DNA from: Candidatus Falkowbacteria bacterium
GTDB taxonomy: Bacteria > Patescibacteriota > Patescibacteriia > Patescibacteriales > UBA12465
Assembly (NCBI GenBank): GCA_037132255.1
Contig: JBAXPN010000005.1
Coordinates: forward strand, 1-54,914
Reading direction: 5' to 3'
DNA length: 54,914 nt
Both the position numbers and the translations under genes were made by a program. Positions 8,505 through 15,956 of this stretch are shown here, one piece after another. Position 1 is the first letter of the stretch; each line of letters opens with the position of its first letter. The notes beneath the pieces were generated by a model, which was not told the DNA's origin, made no database searches, and was given only the letters and a program-made list of their open reading frames with translations.

Positions 8505-8924
8505 TTATTCACCTTTATATCTTCCCTTCGTATCGACTACGAGGGCGAGTTCTGCTAAGCGTGACTTTTTATAATATTCTTTCGGCTCCGGCCTAACTTC
8601 CTTCGGAACAAAAATTGTTTTATCGACTTCTTCAATAACAGTTAAGCGGTTATTCCAAACCCTTGTCCCTGGACGCCGTATTGTCTGCGTAATATTTACA
8701 ATAAAATAATGGAAGGGGCGGCCGTTTACTTTAACAAATGAAAAAAGTGAGGCAATCCCTAAAACAAAAACCGTAATTGTTACAAATAAGGAAAAATCAA
8801 ATAACTTATAAGAAATACCGATAATAACGGCGGCTGCTAGTAGAATTAAAAATTGGCGAGTAGTTATCGGCCCGATAATTTTACTCTCGACATCAATAAA
8901 TTGCGGAACGGTAAACTGTTGCAT
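8505..8924 (-). CDS. PrgI-family (VirB3-like) small membrane protein
   Basis: 139 aa. N-terminus MQQFTVPQFIDVESKIIGPITTRQFLILL followed by two TM helices, matching the PrgI-family pattern. It sits upstream of VirB4, as in Gram-positive T4SS loci. Confidence 0.7.
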   Translation of the reverse strand: MQQFTVPQFIDVESKIIGPITTRQFLILLAAAVIIGISYKLFDFSLFVTITVFVLGIASLFSFVKVNGRPFHYFIVNITQTIRRPGTRVWNNRLTVIEEVDKTIFVPKEVRPEPKEYYKKSRLAELALVVDTKGRYKGE

Positions 8925-8930
8925 AGTATA

Positions 8931-10373
8931 TTAAAAGACTAATTGACTGTTCATGGCAAGAATTGCTTCAATTTCTTCCAGGCTTAAATAATTCTGACTA
9001 TCTTTTTGGACTGATAAGGCAAAATCCTTAATCTTCATGCCTTTAACCATCGACTCTTGAACCATTTTTAAATACAAACGATTAACCGGACTTTGGCGCC
9101 AGGCACGAACACCTGCGACCATTTTATCATAGCCGTCTGCTTCTAACAATTTAATTTTAGAGAATATTTTAGCTGTAATTTCGGTCGGTGTTTTACCAAG
9201 TCGTCGGAAATTTAATAAATCTAAAAACTGTAATTCTTCAAGCGGACCCATGACTTTAGGCATCGGCTTAATATCATGCATTACTTGTTTCGAGATTGAA
9301 GGGGCAAATGTCGGACGCGAGGCGACGACTGGTTTTTGCGCTGGCTGTGCGACGCGGGCAATTGGTGGCACCGGCTTTAAGGTTTGACCGAAAAAGCCAG
9401 TCTTTACCGGTTTTTCAATTTGCTGAGCTTTATTTACGACTGGAGCAATAGGCGTAACTGGCTTAATAGGAGCCGGGGGTACAATAGAAGGAGCCACTGG
9501 TGCAACAGCAATAGGAGGAACAATTATTGGCGGAATTGCAATTGGAGTAATACCAAGATCAGGTACTTTAATTTTTGGCGTAATTTTATCCAAATCAATT
9601 TTCTCTGCCTTTCCCGGTAATGGTAAATCCAATTCCTTCTCTGGAGTAGCGAGCTCGTGGCTTGTATCTAATTTTATTGGAGCGACAACTTTTGAGGTTA
9701 ACACTTCAGGTTTTTTTATTTGTCCGCTAGCAATCGCCTGTTTCAAATTATATTCTGAGCTTGCGCCATCAGCGGAAGCAATAATTTTATCTAATCTACT
9801 TTGTGGAGCTGGCAATTTACTAACTGAAGCTAAATTTACTTCTAAACTCTTAAAAGTTTTTTGCTCACATACTTTAAAAACTCTATCTATCTCAAGAGAA
9901 TTTAGATTTAGTCCGCCGAAATTTACTGCCTTGCTAAAAGCATCACGTGCGGCTATTTTACTTCTTATTCCCTTTAAATAGGTCGAGAGAACTCCCTTAA
10001 AGCGATTAACTAAATCAGCACTTGGAAGAACTAGGCCCGCTTCAGAAATAATTAAATTTATATCGGCATCTAAGTCGAGCCCTTTAAGATGTTTTTCAAG
10101 ACCTAAGTATTCAGAAACGTTTATAAATACTTTCGCAGTTAATTCACGCGCTAAATTTTCCGCATCAGACTGACTCAAATTTAAATCACTGGTAAAATAT
10201 GCCGGTAGGTTTTGAACTGCCGCGCTCTTAATCATTACCTTCATGACAGCCATAGCTAAATCAACTTGATATTTCTTTTCAAGTTCGGCGAGAGCTGCCA
10301 TTGCCGAAGGCGACGATACTTTATCGCGTAATTCCTTAGGTAAATTATTAAATTGTTGCAAATAATCAAACAT
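8931..10373 (-). CDS. Hypothetical protein with a central Pro-rich hydrophobic linker
   Basis: 480 aa. N-terminal domain shared with the upstream 347-aa ORF. Low-complexity PIAIPPIIVPPIAVAPVAPSIVPPAPIKPVTPIAPV in the centre. No family recognised. Confidence 0.6.
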   Translation of the reverse strand: MFDYLQQFNNLPKELRDKVSSPSAMAALAELEKKYQVDLAMAVMKVMIKSAAVQNLPAYFTSDLNLSQSDAENLARELTAKVFINVSEYLGLEKHLKGLDLDADINLIISEAGLVLPSADLVNRFKGVLSTYLKGIRSKIAARDAFSKAVNFGGLNLNSLEIDRVFKVCEQKTFKSLEVNLASVSKLPAPQSRLDKIIASADGASSEYNLKQAIASGQIKKPEVLTSKVVAPIKLDTSHELATPEKELDLPLPGKAEKIDLDKITPKIKVPDLGITPIAIPPIIVPPIAVAPVAPSIVPPAPIKPVTPIAPVVNKAQQIEKPVKTGFFGQTLKPVPPIARVAQPAQKPVVASRPTFAPSISKQVMHDIKPMPKVMGPLEELQFLDLLNFRRLGKTPTEITAKIFSKIKLLEADGYDKMVAGVRAWRQSPVNRLYLKMVQESMVKGMKIKDFALSVQKDSQNYLSLEEIEAILAMNSQLVF

Positions 10374-10388
10374 CGAGGAACTTACTAT

Positions 10389-11432
10389 TTATTTTTTCTT
10401 TTTTAAACGCTCAATTTCTTGAACGACTGCTTTATATTCAAGCGTGCCTGGCATATAAAGAGCTAGTGCTTGTTGGAGCTCAGCCAGAGATGTTTCTCCT
10501 TTTTTCAAATCACTATTTTTTATTTCCTTATCTTGCATTTTGCTTGGATTACTTATCTTGGCATTAATAGTTTTAGCCGGTTTTGCTTTGGCTACCACTT
10601 TTTTTGTTTCTTGATTATCATCATCTAGAACATCCCTGACTTCGCGAGTGCCATCGACAGATTTATCAGTGGGAATTATCTGCCAGTCAGTAATGGCCAA
10701 ATTTTCCATACTTTCTGGGAAGAAAGTTAAATTACGATATAACTTTAAAACTCTACGTACTAAATTTTTTTCATCCGGACTTAATTTTTTTGTGTTCTGT
10801 GAAGTGCTTAAATACTGAGCTAATACCAGTTCATCAAATATCTCACTTCCGTTTTCTTTGATAAAGTCCTTCAACCAATTGGAAATTGTAGGCGATACTT
10901 CGCGATTATCTAAACGCAAATGTTCTCTCGTCAACACCTCATCATTATTATATAAAATATTAATAACTTTTTCTTCAAGATCATCATAAGTATTTAATGC
11001 TTGAAAAATATTAATATTTAAGCCCGCCACTACCTCCGGGGAAGCTTTAAGACTCTCAACGATTCGTCTTGAAAATATATTAATAATATCTTCTCTACTA
11101 GCGACTCCGATCGAGTCATCGTCTTCGGGAATAATTTTCTCAATTGCGGGATCGATAATTTTATTTACTATATCTTCTTTCACCTTTTGTGCAGTTTCTG
11201 GAGAAATTTTAAATTTAATAATTAAATATTCCGAAATATCCTCTTCTTCAATCTCGCCAATAGCCAAAAGAATTACCAAAAAACTTAACTTAATTTTATA
11301 TTGGCCTTCAAGTTCTTTAATAATGGCATATGTCTCCACGCCCCCGTACGCCTCCTTTTCATCCTCAGGCAGAGTTCTAAATATTGCTAAACATTCAGCA
11401 AAATAATTCATAAATTTAATTATAGTCTTCAA
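10389..11432 (-). CDS. Hypothetical acidic protein, paralogous N-terminal domain to 8931-10373
   Basis: 347 aa. FRTLPEDEKEAYGGVETYAIIKELEGQYKIKL aligns by eye with FNNLPKELRDKVSSPSAMAALAELEKKYQVDL of the next gene. Confidence 0.6.
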   Translation of the reverse strand: MKTIIKFMNYFAECLAIFRTLPEDEKEAYGGVETYAIIKELEGQYKIKLSFLVILLAIGEIEEEDISEYLIIKFKISPETAQKVKEDIVNKIIDPAIEKIIPEDDDSIGVASREDIINIFSRRIVESLKASPEVVAGLNINIFQALNTYDDLEEKVINILYNNDEVLTREHLRLDNREVSPTISNWLKDFIKENGSEIFDELVLAQYLSTSQNTKKLSPDEKNLVRRVLKLYRNLTFFPESMENLAITDWQIIPTDKSVDGTREVRDVLDDDNQETKKVVAKAKPAKTINAKISNPSKMQDKEIKNSDLKKGETSLAELQQALALYMPGTLEYKAVVQEIERLKKKK

Positions 11433-11434
11433 AT

Positions 11435-14400
11435 TTAACTATTCAACTCATCGTTAATGGCGCCTGCCTCAACGATTGTTGTTGGCGCTTGGCCGCCGGT
11501 CTTCTTACTAAGAGCTTGCATAGTTGAAACATTTTTTCGCATATTTAAGTTCAATTGCTTCAATGGAAATAGCAGGTTATTATTAGCCGCACTATTCGCA
11601 CTCGATCCGGACATTGGCTTTATCGAAGAGGCCATTTTCTTAACTTTTTCTGACAAAGTGTCTAAAGATTTTTGGAAAACTTCCGTATTTAATGCTGGTA
11701 TTTCTTCTATGTTACCGACTGCTTGCGATTCAGTTTCTTTATTTCCTTTTTCTAAATTTGCCACGCGTTCCGCTCTACTCTTTCCTTCAGCACCAACACG
11801 TGTTTTTATTTCATTATCAACTTTCGATAAAATATCATCATTACTCATTCCCTGATCCTTCCAGCTCTTGGCCTGTTTAGCTATTTCAGTTGCATGGCGG
11901 CCACCTGTCGCTGCGTTGCGACCATAGAGTTTATTTGACATCAATTTCTTCGACATTCCTTCCGTTAAATCTTCATCATCAACTCCGCCCGCATGAATCT
12001 CTTCATGATATACGGAAGCCATTTTTTCCTGTCGTCCATAATTAGCACTAGCTGTATTTATAAGATTCAAATTCTTTAATTCGTCTGGATTGCTTAAGCG
12101 TGTTTGTGCTTTATCTAAACTTGCATTTCTAGTATTAAAATCTGACTCGCTAATATCACCGCTAGATTTAGCATTAAGTAATTCTGCTTTTTCCGCGGCA
12201 ATTTGAGCGGAAAGAGCTTGAGCGATTGGGCCTATGTTTGTGCCCGTCGCAATACTCGCCTCAGCTTCCGAATCCAAACCAGCTTCTTGCATTTTATTAA
12301 AATCAACGCCAACTACATTCTTACCACTAATGTTATCTTTATTTTTTGCAAAAGAATCAACTTCAAACGCTCCGCTTCCTTTTTCACCAATTGCTCCTGT
12401 CTTACGATTAGCAATAACTTTATTATCTAAGCTATCAACGGTACCGATCGTCGATTTAGCATTTAAAGAAGCGATGAGGCCAGAGAGATTACTCGTATCA
12501 CCCTTGCCCTTTTTAAAGGCCGCAATACCGCGAGCCAAGGATTCTAATTTCTCCATCTCTTTTGGATTTGCAGTATCTATAGTGCTCGCCCAGGCAGCCA
12601 TATTGCTTACAGCCTGAGCCGATTCTGGATTATCTTTATTAGTTAATTGCTCAAAAAATTTCTTTTGCTGAGCAGTTTGACCGCTCTTATTATAAAAGGT
12701 TGCCCCTGTAAAACCAGATGGGCCTTCCATCGCTGTTGGGTCGGCCGATAAAACGCCAATTTGCTTACGAGCATTTTTTATATCCAAACTTCCCTTAGTA
12801 GCCGCCTTTTGCGTAAGCTGAGAACTTGCTTCTTGAAAACCGCCAGCTGTTTCAGATACTGACTTGCTCCAACCAGCCGCATTCCGAGCTTTTTTTGCAA
12901 GTTTTTGATATTTTTTAGCTCTTTTTATATCTGCAGGATCATTACTTGCATCGGCCTGCGCTTGCAACGTATCCGCTTTACTTTGAATAGCATCTGCTTG
13001 CCTTAATCTTCGCTCTTGGGTGGCCTTGCTGCTGGCGGCTAGTTTCCCTGCTCCGACGCTAGCACCTCCACCTAACGCAAACCCGGCTATTCCACCAATA
13101 GCTGTTCCAACTGGCCCTGCGAAACTTCCGACTGCCGCACCGACTCCTCCGCCATGCATTGCAGTAGAAAGCGCTTTTCCTGTATCTGTTTTTAAAAATT
13201 CGCTTGTCTTATCCATGGTTTTTTCTCCCATCCCAATTTTTTCCAAAAACTTCTGACGATTATCCTGCTTTTTCTTTTTATTTTTCATGATCATGTCAGT
13301 TCTCCAAGCTGATCCTATATTACCTACTCCGAGCATCGCATCGCCAACTCTTGTGTTTCCCCCTGCTCTTTTATTAATTGCCCCTCCGATACCCTTGCTC
13401 GCCCAAGAAGCTACCCCTAAGCTCTGATTTCTAGCTGAACGACCAACCGCGCTTCCGACATTAGCTGCTCCCTGCTTAATTTTCTTACCACCGAAGGCTA
13501 AGGCACCAGTTGCTAAGCCACCAGCAAAAGCTGCTCCTTTAGTAATCTTAGACATTCCCTTGCCAGCGATGCCACCAGCAGCGCCGCCAATTTCTTGAGA
13601 TATTTTAAGACCACCGACAAGCATGCCGATAGCGATAATGAATTTAATAAATACGCCCGGTGTTGATGCCTCTGAACCGGCGACTGGCGTTCCGTCCATA
13701 CTTACTCCAACTTCCCCAGCGACTCCCGCCGTATCCGTCGGTCCAGTTGTTGGAAAGTCTGTATTAATATTCTGTGTTTGCAAAGAAACAAAAGATAACC
13801 AAATAAAAAAAGCTAAAACTGGACCAACGATTAAATTTTTTGAAAACTCGGTCCACCATTGGCTAGAGTATTTTTGTCCACCGGGAAAAGCCGACATTAA
13901 ATATGCAGCCGGAGACAAGACAACATAAATCCAAATCATAACGATGCGCATAACAAGCATCGCAAGCATTGTAATAATAACGACAAGAGCAATTAAAATA
14001 TAAATAAGTCCTAAAACATAAGCGCCAACAATTTCCCAGGCGCTAACATGCCCGCTATCGTTAGCAAGGGTTAAAATTTCTGTTATCCCTAAATTGGTAA
14101 TTAAATTACCGGCGGCCATGTCCTTGAAGGCGTTTACAAAAGTCAGCATGACTATCTGCGCAAAATCAATTAGGAGCCCACAAATGGTTTTAGAAAAATT
14201 TATTAAAATGGCCATGAGAATTAATTTCGGTAACCATTTTTTATAACTATAATTTTCAACTCGTAAAATTGTTGCGAAAGCAATAATAAGCAATATTAAA
14301 ACGAAGAACATATTGCAAACATCGCGAACAACCGACCAACCATTTGAAATCGCTGGCGCATGAATAAAATTACTATATTGCGCAACGGCGACAAGCGCCT

Positions 14401-14572
14401 GCATGACTAAAACTAAAATTAAACCGAGCGCACCGATAATCAAACTAATTAGACCGCCAAAAATATCCGTCGCCCAATTAGCATGGGCTGGCATGGCTAG
14501 AAAAAAAATACCAATTCCTAAAAATCCAGTCAGGAGAACTACGAATCTTTTTTTCTTGTTTTTTATAGTCAT
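11435..14572 (-). CDS. Polytopic VirB6/TrbL/TcpH-like membrane protein with an approximately 700-aa hydrophilic C-terminal extension
   Basis: The track ORF starts at 14605 and overlaps the upstream gene. ATG 14572 (MTIKNKKKRF.., AGGAAAA about 13 nt upstream) gives a signal-like N-terminus ending AHA. About 7 hydrophobic helices lie in the first 330 aa or so, followed by Gly/Ala-rich glycine-zipper segments and a Lys/Ala/Ser-rich tail. The family call comes from architecture and context. Confidence 0.55.
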   Translation of the reverse strand: MTIKNKKKRFVVLLTGFLGIGIFFLAMPAHANWATDIFGGLISLIIGALGLILVLVMQALVAVAQYSNFIHAPAISNGWSVVRDVCNMFFVLILLIIAFATILRVENYSYKKWLPKLILMAILINFSKTICGLLIDFAQIVMLTFVNAFKDMAAGNLITNLGITEILTLANDSGHVSAWEIVGAYVLGLIYILIALVVIITMLAMLVMRIVMIWIYVVLSPAAYLMSAFPGGQKYSSQWWTEFSKNLIVGPVLAFFIWLSFVSLQTQNINTDFPTTGPTDTAGVAGEVGVSMDGTPVAGSEASTPGVFIKFIIAIGMLVGGLKISQEIGGAAGGIAGKGMSKITKGAAFAGGLATGALAFGGKKIKQGAANVGSAVGRSARNQSLGVASWASKGIGGAINKRAGGNTRVGDAMLGVGNIGSAWRTDMIMKNKKKKQDNRQKFLEKIGMGEKTMDKTSEFLKTDTGKALSTAMHGGGVGAAVGSFAGPVGTAIGGIAGFALGGGASVGAGKLAASSKATQERRLRQADAIQSKADTLQAQADASNDPADIKRAKKYQKLAKKARNAAGWSKSVSETAGGFQEASSQLTQKAATKGSLDIKNARKQIGVLSADPTAMEGPSGFTGATFYNKSGQTAQQKKFFEQLTNKDNPESAQAVSNMAAWASTIDTANPKEMEKLESLARGIAAFKKGKGDTSNLSGLIASLNAKSTIGTVDSLDNKVIANRKTGAIGEKGSGAFEVDSFAKNKDNISGKNVVGVDFNKMQEAGLDSEAEASIATGTNIGPIAQALSAQIAAEKAELLNAKSSGDISESDFNTRNASLDKAQTRLSNPDELKNLNLINTASANYGRQEKMASVYHEEIHAGGVDDEDLTEGMSKKLMSNKLYGRNAATGGRHATEIAKQAKSWKDQGMSNDDILSKVDNEIKTRVGAEGKSRAERVANLEKGNKETESQAVGNIEEIPALNTEVFQKSLDTLSEKVKKMASSIKPMSGSSANSAANNNLLFPLKQLNLNMRKNVSTMQALSKKTGGQAPTTIVEAGAINDELNS

Positions 14573-14580
14573 AAATATAA

Positions 14581-14811
14581 TTATTTTCCTGCGAACGAGC
14601 TCCAAATACTGCTAAGAAGAGCGCCTAAGGCTTCGAACGGATTAGATACCACTTTAACTATCATTGCGATGATTGCGATTTGCGCTAATAGTAAAAGCAT
14701 GCACCCCAGATTTAAACAACAACAGCCCATGCTTTCAATTATGTTTGCTCCCTTTTTTACAACTGCGACTGCGCCTTCTTCAGGACTTGAATTTTCAATA
14801 TTTTCAACCAT
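14581..14811 (-). CDS. Small membrane protein (77 aa) with a Cys cluster (GCCCLNLGC) entering its TM helix
   Basis: The track ORF (to 14868) overlaps the upstream gene by 50 nt. Internal ATG 14811 removes the overlap. Hydrophobic core MLLLLAQIAIIAMIVKVV. Confidence 0.5.
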   Translation of the reverse strand: MVENIENSSPEEGAVAVVKKGANIIESMGCCCLNLGCMLLLLAQIAIIAMIVKVVSNPFEALGALLSSIWSSFAGK

Positions 14812-14818
14812 ATGTATA

Positions 14819-15262
14819 TTATTTACCAGAACCAGGCGCTCCTGGTTTATCCGGTATCCATTCTTCACCTAATTTACAAAATAATTTATCACCAAGCACT
14901 AAATTTAAAAAAACATGAATATCAATCCAAATTAAAGTTAGACCAAAAGTTTCAATTAAATTTTCCCAGGCGGCTTTAAGCAAAGCCGAAGTTCCCTTTC
15001 GGGCTGGCGCAAGCGCCGCTGTTATCATTTTATTTGTTTTTGCTTTTAAACCTTGTTTTCTTTTTTCGGTCATCTGATCGGCTCGAAAATCGCCGCTTGA
15101 TTCTGATGCTCCTCCGCCTTTTTGAGCCATTCTTAAATTTCCTGCCCGATCAGCTGCGTCTTCATCATCATTATAACCAGAATCTGACGCATTACTCTCT
15201 GAGTCATCCGCCTTTTTTTCCTGGGTTTCGCTACGATTAATCAATTGGTCATCGAGCGCCAT
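14819..15262 (-). CDS. Hypothetical protein, first gene of the T4SS-like operon (acidic, disordered-looking N-half, hydrophobic C-terminal segment)
   Basis: 147 aa. ATG with AGGAAAA about 13 nt upstream and a promoter just upstream. C-terminal FGLTLIWIDIHVFLNLVLG. Confidence 0.55.
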   Translation of the reverse strand: MALDDQLINRSETQEKKADDSESNASDSGYNDDEDAADRAGNLRMAQKGGGASESSGDFRADQMTEKRKQGLKAKTNKMITAALAPARKGTSALLKAAWENLIETFGLTLIWIDIHVFLNLVLGDKLFCKLGEEWIPDKPGAPGSGK

Positions 15263-15296
15263 AAATACAAAAATATTTTCCTAACTCTACCCTAAA

Positions 15297-15325
15297 ATTA
15301 TACAATAAAAATGAAAGAAAGGCAA
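15297..15325 (-). promoter_or_regulatory. Sigma70-like promoter of the T4SS-like operon
   Basis: On the minus strand, TTGCCT (15325-15320), a 17-nt spacer, then TATAAT (15302-15297). It lies about 35 nt upstream of ATG 15262. Confidence 0.5.
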
Positions 15326-15380
15326 AATAAAAACCCGCGTTATTATCATCAGTTTTAACTGAGAAATAATGCGGGGTTTT
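15326..15380 (-). terminator. Intrinsic terminator after the lipoprotein gene
   Basis: Minus-strand hairpin AAAACCCCGCATTATT..AATAACGCGGGTTTT (one bulge, one G-U) followed by TTTTTATTTT. Confidence 0.6.
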
Positions 15381-15421
15381 GTTCTGCGTAGCCATCACAG
15401 CACGTCATTTTTTTTCTTATC

Positions 15422-15862
15422 TTAATGATAAGTAAACTCGTATTTAAGCTTGTTCATGCCTTTGACGAGCTTATACGTCTTTGATTGGTCAGTCACGCGA
15501 TCGAAGGCAACGGGATAACCATTGCAATTACCCATAAGAATAATGTTACAAAACACTTCTGCGCCAACTACTTTTGGATCGACAGATTTGAATGTAAAAA
15601 TACGCTTATTTTCAGCTGAATATTGATACAAAAGACCTTCCGGAAAACAACTTCCGATAACAGAAACTGTTGCATCAACAATCGTCACAGGTTCCGGGAC
15701 AATTATCGTTACTTCGATGATAACCGTATCCGACTTTGTGCCGATATGTGTTGTATCGATTGGATCAATTGGGTCCGGACCGGGGTCTTTCCCGCAGTTA
15801 ACAGAAACGAAAGCAAGGGTAACAAGGATTACCCAAAGAGAGAAAAATTTTAACTTTTTCAT
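15422..15862 (-). CDS. Putative lipoprotein
   Basis: 146 aa. Signal peptide MKKLKFFSLWVILVTLAFVSVNCG with a lipobox-like VNC, then a beta-rich domain. Confidence 0.6.
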   Translation of the reverse strand: MKKLKFFSLWVILVTLAFVSVNCGKDPGPDPIDPIDTTHIGTKSDTVIIEVTIIVPEPVTIVDATVSVIGSCFPEGLLYQYSAENKRIFTFKSVDPKVVGAEVFCNIILMGNCNGYPVAFDRVTDQSKTYKLVKGMNKLKYEFTYH

Positions 15863-15956
15863 GGGTACGGATTTTGAAGGGTTATTTTTAAAGGGCGTTG
15901 CTTATTTATTTAATACTGCTAATTTACAACTTTTATTTAATTTGGTCAAGGTCTAT

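Noticed and set aside
9384-9620. 78-aa + strand ORF with NRRN-type repeats.
   Set aside because: It is the antisense shadow of the Pro-rich (CCN/GGN) segment of the 480-aa minus-strand protein.
11992-12006. HExxH (HEEIH) in the tail of the VirB6-like protein, considered as a zinc-metalloprotease site.
   Set aside because: It is a single pentapeptide in a low-complexity hydrophilic region. There is no recognisable third ligand or Met-turn context, so chance occurrence is likely.
14812-14868. Long version of the 95-aa ORF (start 14868) and the 14605 start of the VirB6-like ORF.
   Set aside because: Both create 25-50-nt overlaps with the upstream gene. Internal ATGs (14811, 14572) abolish the overlaps, and the latter has an AGGAAAA ribosome-binding site.
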